A program made the position numbers and the translations under genes. This document shows, piece by piece, positions 42,954-51,490 of a DNA stretch of 58,939 nt. A model generated the notes under the pieces. That model was not told where the DNA came from. It saw only the letters and a program-made list of their open reading frames with translations, and ran no database searches. The stretch comes from Candidatus Omnitrophota bacterium. GTDB taxonomy: Bacteria; Omnitrophota; Gorgyraeia; Gygaellales; Profunditerraquicolaceae. The first letter of the stretch is position 1, and each line of letters starts with the position of its first letter. Location: the NCBI GenBank assembly GCA_041663665.1, contig JBAYMG010000007.1:1-58939 (forward strand). Reading direction: 5' to 3'.

Positions 42954-43112
42954 ATGAAGAATCTAGGCATTTTAAAGGAATTTTGGGATTTTTTAAAAAC
43001 CAGGAAGAAATGGTGGTTGACGCCGATAATTATAATGCTTTTATTGCTTGGCATGCTTATATTTTTTACGCAGAGTAGTACGGTTGCTCCTTTTATTTAT
43101 ACGTTATTTTGA
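42954..43112 (+). CDS. DUF5989 (SxtK-like) small membrane protein, missing from the ORF track
   Basis: 52 aa MKNLGILKEFWDFLKTRKKWWLTPIIIMLLLLGMLIFFTQSSTVAPFIYTLF; RKKWWL.P and APFIYTLF signatures. Confidence 0.88.
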   Translation: MKNLGILKEFWDFLKTRKKWWLTPIIIMLLLLGMLIFFTQSSTVAPFIYTLF

Positions 43113-43164
43113 CAATATTTAATTTATAGTTAACTATTTTTTCTCGATTCGAAAGGAGGAAGAT

Positions 43165-43656
43165 TTGAAAAAGTTCATTGTTTTTTGTGCCTTATTTTTT
43201 GCATTAAATACAGCTGTTTATTGTGCACAGTTAAGCAAAATTGAATTATCTGATGGCAGTGTAATTAATGGCGAGATAGTTTCTTATCTAAACGGTATTT
43301 ATACTATAAATACCACGACAGTCGGAGAAATGAAGGTAGGATCGGAGAAGATTTCTAAGATTGAATCCGTAAAGAGTGCTCCATCCGGTATACCTGCCAG
43401 CCCTATCCTTCAGGGGAATAATCCGAATCAATCCCAAGTTAATGCTTATGGCCAGGCGTTAATGCAAAATCCAGAAAACGCAGCCGTACTTATAAGCTTA
43501 ACGAGTAACCCCGAACTTCAGGCCATGGCTAGTGATCCTGAGATCATTGAAGCCGCAAAAACAAATAATATTCAGGCTTTGATGAAAAACCCCAGATTTA
43601 TGAATATGGTAAACAGCCCGGAGATGCAGGAAGCCGTTAAGAAATTAAAGAAATAG
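43165..43656 (+). CDS. Exported hypothetical protein
   Basis: TTG start after GGAGG; signal peptide; IELSDGSVINGEI beta-motif; helical Asn/Pro/Met-rich (STI1-like) tail. Confidence 0.7.
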   Translation: MKKFIVFCALFFALNTAVYCAQLSKIELSDGSVINGEIVSYLNGIYTINTTTVGEMKVGSEKISKIESVKSAPSGIPASPILQGNNPNQSQVNAYGQALMQNPENAAVLISLTSNPELQAMASDPEIIEAAKTNNIQALMKNPRFMNMVNSPEMQEAVKKLKK

Positions 43657-43677
43657 TTATGTAAAAATAAGGACAGT

Positions 43678-44157
43678 TTGATGAATGCAAAAATAGGGGT
43701 TAATTTTGTTATTTTTTGGTCAGTTTACAATGGCCAGCCTAAAGTATTGCGCATTATTTTATCCAAAAATTTTAAAACATTCCCAAATCCGGTTATTTTA
43801 TCCTGTTCAAAAATCAATAAGTTGGCTAATCAGGTCACGGCAGTTCTGGCTGGCAAAAATATCCGATTTGCCTTAGGCATGCTGCGTTTTGACCTTTGTC
43901 CGGTTTTTCAACAAAAAGTTTTACGTGCTGCAGCCGCAATTCCGCGGGGGAAAGTGCGGAGCTATCAATTTATTGCCAAGTATATCGGGAAACCTAAAGC
44001 TGCCCGGGCTGTTGGAAGGGCACTGGCAAATAATCCTTTCCCAATAGTTATTCCTTGCCATCGCGTTATCCGTTCCGATGGCGCATTGGGTGGTTACCAG
44101 GGAGGGCTAAAGATGAAAAAATATTTGCTGAATAGCGAGCTTGAGCAGTTGAATTAA
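43678..44157 (+). CDS. ogt: Methylated-DNA--protein-cysteine methyltransferase
   Basis: IPRGKVRSY, ARAVG.A...NP, IPCHRVI, GGY.GG..MK. Confidence 0.92.
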   Translation: MMNAKIGVNFVIFWSVYNGQPKVLRIILSKNFKTFPNPVILSCSKINKLANQVTAVLAGKNIRFALGMLRFDLCPVFQQKVLRAAAAIPRGKVRSYQFIAKYIGKPKAARAVGRALANNPFPIVIPCHRVIRSDGALGGYQGGLKMKKYLLNSELEQLN

Positions 44158-44252
44158 CTTAAGAAAAAAGTAGAATTGGCTGCTAGATAAATTTATGATA
44201 TTAAGGTATAATACTTTTATTCTGATAAAAGTTTAGCAGGCAGGGAGGTTAT

Positions 44253-45095
44253 ATGCGTACATATGTTTTATTGTTACAATGCCGGGATCAAAAAGGTATC
44301 ATTGCTAAGATCTCTGATTTTATTTTAAAGCATGAAGGAAATATTGTTACCGCTGACCAGCATAGCACAGATCCGGAAGGCGGGCATTTTTTTATACGGG
44401 TTGAGTTTATTTTAACTAAAGAACAGCATACTAAGGATGAATTGACTTCGGAATTTTCACCTGTTGGAAAAGAGTTTAATGCCGATTGGAATCTTTATGA
44501 TAAGTCAGATTCTTTGCGTATGGGCGTGTTTGTGTCTGAACCGGATCATTGCCTGGTCGACTTGTTGTATTTGTGGAGTTCCGGAGAATTGAAAATCAAG
44601 ATACCTTTTGTTTTAAGTAATTATGAAAAGCATCGTAAATTAGTTTCCGGATATGACATACCATTTTATTATGTGCCTGCGGATAAAGACAATCGCCGCG
44701 AATCAGAGCTTTTGTCTTACGTTTTAACCTCAACGGATTTTTTAGTTTTAGCGCGCTACATGCTTGTACTTTCACCGGATTTTTTGCAAAAGTATCATAA
44801 GGATGTCATTAATATTCATCATGGTTTTCTGCCATTTTTTAAAGGCGCTGACCCGGCAGGCAGAGCGCTTGTTGAAGGGGTTAAGGTTATCGGTTCAACT
44901 GCGCATTTTGTCAATAATGAACTTGATGAAGGCCCGATTATTGCTCAGGAAGTTGAAAATGTATCGCATAAGGATAATCGCCAGGATTTAATAAGAAAAG
45001 GTAAAAATTTAGAGAAAAAAGCCTTGGCGAAAGCAATATCCAGTTATATTGATTACCGGATTATTAAGCACGAAAATAAAACAATAGTTTTTTAG
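44253..45095 (+). CDS. purU: Formyltetrahydrofolate deformylase
   Basis: ACT N-domain CRDQKGIIA, LARYM, INIHHGFLP.FKGA, GVK.IG.TAHFV, LDEGPII.Q. Confidence 0.93.
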   Translation: MRTYVLLLQCRDQKGIIAKISDFILKHEGNIVTADQHSTDPEGGHFFIRVEFILTKEQHTKDELTSEFSPVGKEFNADWNLYDKSDSLRMGVFVSEPDHCLVDLLYLWSSGELKIKIPFVLSNYEKHRKLVSGYDIPFYYVPADKDNRRESELLSYVLTSTDFLVLARYMLVLSPDFLQKYHKDVINIHHGFLPFFKGADPAGRALVEGVKVIGSTAHFVNNELDEGPIIAQEVENVSHKDNRQDLIRKGKNLEKKALAKAISSYIDYRIIKHENKTIVF

Positions 45096-45159
45096 GGCAC
45101 CGAAGCTAACTGTATTTAGCCTAGGGTGGATGCATGTTTGTAAACAAAAGGAGGAAGTT

Positions 45160-45534
45160 ATGGCAAAGTTAAGTGTAAAAGCTTTAGGAATTGCTTGCGG
45201 CCTTGTTACAGCCGGCCTTACTTTGGTTGTCGGCACATTGAATATATTTTTTTATTGGGAGAGTGGATTAAGTAAAACCATGGAGTTAGTTTATATGGGG
45301 TATAGGCCGACACTGGCTGGTGTGTTAATAAATTCTATGTGGGGTTTTTCTTTTGCATTTTGCGTAGGAGCGCTAATTGCCTGGCTCTATAATAGAATTG
45401 TTGAAGAAAGCAAAGCAGAGCTTGATGAAAAAATTAAGTCAGTTGCCCGCTCTATCTGGGAAAGTAAAGGTAAACCGGAAGGCACTTCGGCGAATGATTG
45501 GAGAGAGGCAGAGAGAATGGTAAGGGGGCTATAG
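45160..45534 (+). CDS. Small membrane protein with a C-terminal DUF2934-like domain
   Basis: GGAGG RBS + ATG 45160 (MAKLSVKALG...); TM region, then ARSIWESKGKPEGTSANDWREAE. Confidence 0.7.
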   Translation: MAKLSVKALGIACGLVTAGLTLVVGTLNIFFYWESGLSKTMELVYMGYRPTLAGVLINSMWGFSFAFCVGALIAWLYNRIVEESKAELDEKIKSVARSIWESKGKPEGTSANDWREAERMVRGL

Positions 45535-45537
45535 GAT

Positions 45538-46983
45538 TTGGCTAAAAAAGTTGTCATAGTTGGTGCCGGAGTCGGCGGTTTAGCTACTGCTTGCCGCTTG
45601 TCTCAGGATGGGTGCGAAGTAGAAATTTACGAAAAATTAGGATATTGCGGAGGGCGCAATAATATAATTCAGGACCGGGGTTTTAAGTTTGACACCGGTC
45701 CTTCGTTTGTGCTCATGCCGGATTTTTTTGCCGAAGTTTTTGCTTATTGCAACCGGGAGATCAAGGATTATTTGGATTTGCGCGTTATTGACCCAAGCTA
45801 TAAGATTTTTTATGCTGATGGTGAAACTCTTAGTGTTTATCAGGATAGCCGGCGTACTAAGCAGGAACTGGAGCGTATCGAGAAAGGTGCAGCTCGGCAA
45901 TTTGATAAGTTTATTCAAGAAACTACCAGGCTGTATGATATTGTTAAACCGCTGCTTTATAAATGCGTAACCTATAAGTCGTTAGCTAATCCTTATTACT
46001 GGAGTTTAATCGGAAAAATCCGCGCTTTTCAGTCATATTGGCAGTTGGCGCGCAAATATTTTAAAAGCGATAAGCTTTGCTACGCTTTTACGTTTGAAGC
46101 AATGTTTATGGGGGTCTCGCCGTATCAAGCTCCGGCTTTTTATAGTATAATTTCTTATGCTGACCATGTGCAGAAAATCTCTCATCCGATGGGGGGAATG
46201 TACCAAATACCTCTAGCGTTAGAAAAATTAGCTAAGCAGCTTGGTGTAAAAATAAATTATAATTCCGAAATAAATAATATCAAGCAGGGGCAAGGGAAGA
46301 TTTTATTGCAAGGAAATCAAAAGCACGCCGAAGCTGATTACGCGGTAATTAACGCCGATTATCCTTATGCCCAGACAGATTTGTTAAAACGTAAAATACC
46401 GCATTTTAAATATTCCTGTTCGACCTATTTAATTTATTTAGGGATTAACAAAAAACTCAAAAATCTGGCGCACCATAACTTATTTTTTGCCCGGGATCTG
46501 AATAGAAACTTAGACGAAATATTTAAAGCCAAAATCAATCCTGAGGATCCATCTTTTTATGTGCATCTGCCAACGGTAACCGACCAATCTTTAGCTCCTG
46601 AGGGTAAGGATATAGTCTATTTATTAATTCCAATCCCGAATCTAGAAAATAACCAGGATGTTTTGAAAAATCATGAATTACGTTTAAGAAAGTTAATTTT
46701 TGATAAGATCGATAAGGTTTGTGGTTGCAATCTCGAAGAATTAATTGAGGTTGAACATCATTTTTATCCTGAGGATTTTGTCAGCCGATATAATATCAAG
46801 TTTGGGGCAACTTTCGGCTTGGCGCATAATTTAACTCAGAGTGCGTTTTTTCGCCCGGCTAATTTCGATGCTAAAATCAAGAATTTATATTATGTCGGAG
46901 CCAGTACTCAGCCTGGAGGGGGGTTGCCGGTAGTTTTGGCTAGTTCACGGATTGTAGCGGATTTAATTAAACAGAACAAATAG
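45538..46983 (+). CDS. crtI: Phytoene desaturase family (CrtI/CrtN-like)
   Basis: VGAGVGGL, FDTGPSFVLM, HPMGGMY, HHNLFF, FGLAHNLTQS, VGASTQPGGGLP. Confidence 0.92.
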   Translation: MAKKVVIVGAGVGGLATACRLSQDGCEVEIYEKLGYCGGRNNIIQDRGFKFDTGPSFVLMPDFFAEVFAYCNREIKDYLDLRVIDPSYKIFYADGETLSVYQDSRRTKQELERIEKGAARQFDKFIQETTRLYDIVKPLLYKCVTYKSLANPYYWSLIGKIRAFQSYWQLARKYFKSDKLCYAFTFEAMFMGVSPYQAPAFYSIISYADHVQKISHPMGGMYQIPLALEKLAKQLGVKINYNSEINNIKQGQGKILLQGNQKHAEADYAVINADYPYAQTDLLKRKIPHFKYSCSTYLIYLGINKKLKNLAHHNLFFARDLNRNLDEIFKAKINPEDPSFYVHLPTVTDQSLAPEGKDIVYLLIPIPNLENNQDVLKNHELRLRKLIFDKIDKVCGCNLEELIEVEHHFYPEDFVSRYNIKFGATFGLAHNLTQSAFFRPANFDAKIKNLYYVGASTQPGGGLPVVLASSRIVADLIKQNK

Positions 46984-47812
46984 TTTTAATTTTTTGAATA
47001 ACCTGGTTAATGGTTGCCTCCGGAGTGGAAGCTCCGGCAGTTATTCCCACGCTTCGGACATCTTTTACCCAAAATTTTTTTATTTCCTCGCAAGAATTAA
47101 TCCAGTAGCTTTTTTTGTTTAAAGATTTTGCTATTTCATAAATCCTTTTAGTGTTAGCGCTTGATTTTGAGCCGATAATAATCATTATATCATTCTGGAG
47201 CGGCATGGTTTTGGTTTCGTTCTGCTTAGCTTTGGTAGGGTTGCAGATTGTATTGTAAAATTTTACCTGAGGAATGTATTTACGCAGCAGGTCAACAATT
47301 TTTTCTACATTATCCAGATTTTGAGTTGATTGGATGACCACGCCGGCTTTTTTGATATTTCTAATTATTCCTAAAGGGACATTTTCAAGTTTATCAATAA
47401 CAATGGCTTTGGATTTAAGCTGTCCGACAATTCCTTTGACTTCATTGTGGAGTTTATCTCCGATTACAATTACCCGGTAATCGTCATGTTCTATTTTTTT
47501 AACAATTTTATGGATTTCTTTGACCATCGGGCATGTGGCATCGATAATTGTATAACCTGATTTTAATGCTTGTTTCAAGGTGCTAATCGAGCAGCCATGC
47601 GCCCGGATGAGCAATGTTTTGCCCCGGCCGCAAGTTAACCGGTTGATTTTTTTAATTCCCGAGGCTTGAATTTGCTTAACTACATCTTCGTTGTGCACAA
47701 TATCTCCGAGCATGACTACCGGATTTTTTGTTTTTGTTGCTGCCAGGGCGATAGTAATTGCTCTTCTGACTCCGAAACAAAATCCTGCCGAATTTGCTAA
47801 ATTTATTTTCAT
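46967..47812 (-). CDS. ispH: 4-hydroxy-3-methylbut-2-enyl diphosphate reductase
   Basis: GFCFGV, IVHN, IRAHG, DATCP, H.EV.G, TICN.T, S.S.ANT, ITAGASTP. Confidence 0.95.
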   Translation of the reverse strand: MKINLANSAGFCFGVRRAITIALAATKTKNPVVMLGDIVHNEDVVKQIQASGIKKINRLTCGRGKTLLIRAHGCSISTLKQALKSGYTIIDATCPMVKEIHKIVKKIEHDDYRVIVIGDKLHNEVKGIVGQLKSKAIVIDKLENVPLGIIRNIKKAGVVIQSTQNLDNVEKIVDLLRKYIPQVKFYNTICNPTKAKQNETKTMPLQNDIMIIIGSKSSANTKRIYEIAKSLNKKSYWINSCEEIKKFWVKDVRSVGITAGASTPEATINQVIQKIKTICSV

Positions 47813-48666
47813 AAATATTTTCTCTCCAGTAATATCTTAAAAATAATAATTATTTTCTTAAAACCGGGAACAAATGCGCGTTTAGTAATGTCATAGTTGT
47901 TATTCTGAATTTCGTCAAGTATCGCGCAGTAGTTTTCTTGCATAACTAGAATTACAAATCTGGAGAGCCGATTTTCGATCAGAGGGATTCCCGATGATGA
48001 ATCATTGTAAAATTTCCGGCACCTTCCAATTTGAAAACGCAGCAGATTTTTGGATTTATCATCGTTTAACCCCTGAGATATCTGGTTTTCCGAAACATTA
48101 TATTCAAGCATTTCATTCTGCGGAAGGTAGATTCTGTTACGGTTGAAATCTTCTTTAATATCCCGCAGAATATTGGTTAACTGCATTGCAACTCCGAGTT
48201 TTATGGCGTAATTTTCTGCTGTTTTATCCCGGTAACCAAAAATCTTTAACATGATTAAACCGACAACGCCGGCTACTCGATAGCAGTATTGATAAAGGGG
48301 CTCAAAATCCGGATAACGTTTTAATTCCAGGTCCATGTACATGCCTTTAATTAGTTCGTCGAAATATTCCTTAGGTATTTGATAATTACTTATCGTTTTC
48401 TGGAAAGCAGCTAATAATGGTTCATTGATTTTATTTTTTGAATAGGCATCAGTTATTTTTAGTTCTAGTTTTTGCAGTTTATCGGCGTGGTTGTTGCAAG
48501 TTAAATCATCAACTGCTTCATCGCTTAAACGGCAGATAGCGTATATTGCATAGCTGGCTAAGCGTTTTTCTTTAGGCAAGAATAGCGATGCTAAGTAAAA
48601 GGTTTTGGCAAATTTCTTGGTAATTTTTTTAGCTTCTTTAAATCCCCGAAGTAATTCTTTAGGCAT
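47809..48666 (-). CDS. crtB: Phytoene/squalene synthase
   Basis: AKTFY.AS, YAICR.SDE.VD, YCYRVAG.VG, LG.AMQLTNILRDI.ED. Confidence 0.93.
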   Translation of the reverse strand: MPKELLRGFKEAKKITKKFAKTFYLASLFLPKEKRLASYAIYAICRLSDEAVDDLTCNNHADKLQKLELKITDAYSKNKINEPLLAAFQKTISNYQIPKEYFDELIKGMYMDLELKRYPDFEPLYQYCYRVAGVVGLIMLKIFGYRDKTAENYAIKLGVAMQLTNILRDIKEDFNRNRIYLPQNEMLEYNVSENQISQGLNDDKSKNLLRFQIGRCRKFYNDSSSGIPLIENRLSRFVILVMQENYCAILDEIQNNNYDITKRAFVPGFKKIIIIFKILLERKYL

Positions 48667-48758
48667 AGTCCTATTCTAAATCAAATAATTTAAAAACCAA
48701 GTGAAAAAATGTGGCGAATCTGATTGATAAAATGGCAAATTAGTAATAGAATAAATCC

Positions 48759-49067
48759 ATGTCTAGTTATATGCTGGTTTTAATTTTATCTGGCATTTTC
48801 CCGCTAGTACTTAGTTTTTATCCCCCACTTAAATTCTGGCGTAATTCTAAGGCATTGATTTTAACCTTAAGCATTTTGGTTATATTTTTCGGGGCTTGGG
48901 ATGTTTTTGCTGTCTGGCGTACTCATTGGTATTTTAATCCGCAAGGTATTATCGGCTTAAGAATAATTAATTTACCGCTCGAAGAGTGGTTATTTTTTAT
49001 CGTTATTCCTTTCTGCTGCATATTTACCTGGGAAGCGCTTAAATTTATCAGAGGGAAGGCGAAATGA
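48759..49067 (+). CDS. Lycopene cyclase domain protein (CrtYc-like subunit)
   Basis: WDVFAV, W.FNP, LPLEEWLFFIV. Confidence 0.85.
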   Translation: MSSYMLVLILSGIFPLVLSFYPPLKFWRNSKALILTLSILVIFFGAWDVFAVWRTHWYFNPQGIIGLRIINLPLEEWLFFIVIPFCCIFTWEALKFIRGKAK

Positions 49068-49357
49068 AAGAGTACACTATGATTGCTCTCGGGTCAGTAA
49101 TTTTGACTATTCTGGCTGATAGGACTACTAAGGTTAATATTCTCAAGAAAAAAGAATTTTATTGGTTTCTTGCGGTTATTCTGGGGTTTAAATTTTTGGT
49201 AAACGGGTACCTTACCAAGACCAATATAGTTATGTATAATTCTAAATATTTTCTAGGGGTACGCGCAGGCAGTATTCCTCTTGAGGATTTTATTTTTGGC
49301 TTCAGTATGGTTTCTTTGGGGATTATTTTATGGGAGTTTTTTAAAAAAAGAGCATGA
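49064..49357 (+). CDS. Lycopene cyclase domain protein (CrtYd-like subunit)
   Basis: VNGYLT...IVMYN, LG.RAGSIPLEDF.FGFSM; ATGA overlap with the previous gene. Confidence 0.85.
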   Translation: MKEYTMIALGSVILTILADRTTKVNILKKKEFYWFLAVILGFKFLVNGYLTKTNIVMYNSKYFLGVRAGSIPLEDFIFGFSMVSLGIILWEFFKKRA

Positions 49358-50238
49358 ACAAAAAACTGGCACTATTGATTTTGATCTTTTTCTCCGGTTT
49401 ATCTATTGTTTATTCTTTTGATTTGAAATATTTACATGAGCAAGCGGATAAAATATCTTTGCCGGAAGCCAAGGATGCCGCAGCTAAAAATATTAATTCA
49501 GCTTCTGATCAATATGTTTTAGGTTTAGCTTACCTTAATCTGCATCAGGATCAAGCTGCGTACCAAGTTTTTAGTAATCTTTTAATGAATAACCCCGGCA
49601 TGATTGAAGCGAAGTGGGGCCAGGCTGAGTCTGCCCGGCGCCTGCATTATCTACGAAGAGCTGAAATTTTGTTAAATGAAGTGATCAGCCAGGATGCGCG
49701 GTTTGCCCCGGCATTGATAAGTTTAGCCTATATAAAATATTTTAAAATGGATTTTACCGGTTCTGTGCGCCTGGCTTCCAGAGTTATTCAGGCAGGTAGA
49801 GATAATGTGGATTTAAGTAATTATGCCCGCGCATATGCGATATATGCCGGTTCAAAAGGGATGCTGGCGCATTATGGAGGGTTGTTCTCTAAGGCAATAG
49901 ACGGGTTGGCAGTTAAAACTAATTTAGATAAGGCTGAAAAGCTGCAGCCGAATTCACCGGCAGTCTTGTTTGGTTTAGGTTCTTATTATCTTTTGGCGCC
50001 AGTAATCGCCGGAGGCAACAAATCCAAAGCCGAGGAATATTTTAATAAAGCGATTAAGGTTGACCCATTATTTGCGGATGTTTACGTACGTTTTGCGCAG
50101 TTAGCCAAGATTAAAGGGGATAAAGAAAAATATAAATTCTATATGGATAAAGCTTTGGAAATTGATCCGAAGAATGAATTGGCCCTGGATACTTTAAGCG
50201 GGAATTGCAAATTTATTTGTGTTGGGGGAAAAGAGTAA
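49354..50238 (+). CDS. Exported TPR protein
   Basis: Signal peptide and several TPR-like units (YVLGLAYL, AEEYFNKAIKVDP, KALEIDP). Confidence 0.8.
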   Translation: MNKKLALLILIFFSGLSIVYSFDLKYLHEQADKISLPEAKDAAAKNINSASDQYVLGLAYLNLHQDQAAYQVFSNLLMNNPGMIEAKWGQAESARRLHYLRRAEILLNEVISQDARFAPALISLAYIKYFKMDFTGSVRLASRVIQAGRDNVDLSNYARAYAIYAGSKGMLAHYGGLFSKAIDGLAVKTNLDKAEKLQPNSPAVLFGLGSYYLLAPVIAGGNKSKAEEYFNKAIKVDPLFADVYVRFAQLAKIKGDKEKYKFYMDKALEIDPKNELALDTLSGNCKFICVGGKE

Positions 50239-51279
50239 TTATATTTTAAGAATCTTTTGGGAGAAGCTGTTTAACGTATTTCGGTATTGATCGTCAATAT
50301 TCAGATGATTAATTTGATCTATTGCTTTTGAGTGCAGGAGTTTTATTTGATTTTCGGCATAAGCCAGTGAGCCGGTTTTAATAATAATCTTACGTATTTT
50401 AAGCAGTTCGGTATTCCGGGTTAATTTGCCTTCCATAATTTTCTTAATTAGTAATTGATCCTTTTTGTTTGCTTGGTGGAAGGCCCTCCAGATAAGTAAG
50501 GTTCTTTTGGCTTCTTTAATATCCGTAAGATTCGATTTACCGATTTCCTTTTTTTCTCCAAAGGTCCCGATGATGTCATCTTTAATTTGAAACGCTTTTC
50601 CTAAGAGCATGCCATAAGAGTGCAATTTTTTAATTTCACCGGTTTTTGCTCCGGCCAGGGTAGCTCCGATTGTAAGCGGGGAAGCGAAAGTATAATTTGC
50701 AGTTTTATAATCATAAATTTTATAGATATTTTTTTGGGTAACTTTTTCAAAAGGTTTGATTCCCAATAACAGTTCAATGAATTCTCCGCTTCCGGTATAC
50801 AGTGCTGCTTGAATAAGTATCTTTAAGGCCGCTTCTTTGCATTTCAGGTTTTCCTTAACCGACAGGAAAGCGTCTAGCGCCATTGCGTACATCACATCTC
50901 CGGCAACTATTGCTAAATCCTCTCCGCTAAATTTAGCATTTTTGTTTTTGCCAAGAGACTGTTTTAATAAAGTATGCATGGCAGGTTTACCGCGGCGCAT
51001 ATCGGATTTATCAATAATATCGTCATGGACAAGCATAAAATCATGCAGGAGTTCTAAGGATAGGGCCGAGCGGTAAAGTCCCGCAGGAATTTTTTTAGAG
51101 AAACTTGAATAACCGATGCAAAATAATATCGGCCTTATTCTTTTTCCATCGCGCAGGAGAAATTCTTTGATATTTTTAAAAAGAATAGGAGAAAGTTTAT
51201 TCAGCGAGTATAATTTATCTATCGAGCGTGCATAGCAGGACAGTTCTTTTTCCAGCTGTTTTTTTATTTTTAAAAACAT
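50239..51279 (-). CDS. crtE: Polyprenyl (GGPP) synthase
   Basis: GKRIRP, ELLHDFMLVHDDIID.SD.RRG, GD, KTA.YT, G.AFQIKDD. Confidence 0.9.
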   Translation of the reverse strand: MFLKIKKQLEKELSCYARSIDKLYSLNKLSPILFKNIKEFLLRDGKRIRPILFCIGYSSFSKKIPAGLYRSALSLELLHDFMLVHDDIIDKSDMRRGKPAMHTLLKQSLGKNKNAKFSGEDLAIVAGDVMYAMALDAFLSVKENLKCKEAALKILIQAALYTGSGEFIELLLGIKPFEKVTQKNIYKIYDYKTANYTFASPLTIGATLAGAKTGEIKKLHSYGMLLGKAFQIKDDIIGTFGEKKEIGKSNLTDIKEAKRTLLIWRAFHQANKKDQLLIKKIMEGKLTRNTELLKIRKIIIKTGSLAYAENQIKLLHSKAIDQINHLNIDDQYRNTLNSFSQKILKI

Positions 51280-51303
51280 AAGATTATGTTAACATATAAG
51301 GCA

Positions 51304-51354
51304 GTATTGTGCAATTACAATACCCTATTATATCGTTGCATTATATAATGTAAC
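51304..51354. promoter_or_regulatory. Two 20 bp palindromes in the divergent crtE/ccdA intergenic region
   Basis: GTATTGT-GCAATT-ACAATAC (51304-51323); GTTGCATTAT|ATAATGTAAC (51335-51354), which carries TATAAT on both strands. Confidence 0.5.
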
Positions 51355-51490
51355 TTCTCGTTTAAAAGAAGACAGTTAATGTCAGGCTGGGTGCTTATAG
51401 CCCATGGCCTGCAAAAAGCTTTCGGTTTGCGGGGAATGAAGTATTATTTTTTGTATTGATTACTGAATCTATTGTGGCATATTTGTCCCT

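Noticed and set aside
40747-43112. Saxitoxin biosynthesis
   Set aside because: No sxtA, sxtG, sxtB or other core genes; sxtIJK-like triads occur without toxin production
45538-51279. Retinal/rhodopsin or C50 carotenoid module
   Set aside because: No blh, opsin or lycopene elongase gene in the window
51271-51295. Chromosomal dif site (CATAA...TTATGTTAA)
   Set aside because: The spacer between arms is 2 bp instead of 6, and the left arm lies in the crtE start
51295-51360. CarH/LitR operator for the crt genes
   Set aside because: Only two TnnACA matches 21 bp apart rather than contiguous 11 bp repeats; no B12-binding regulator in the window
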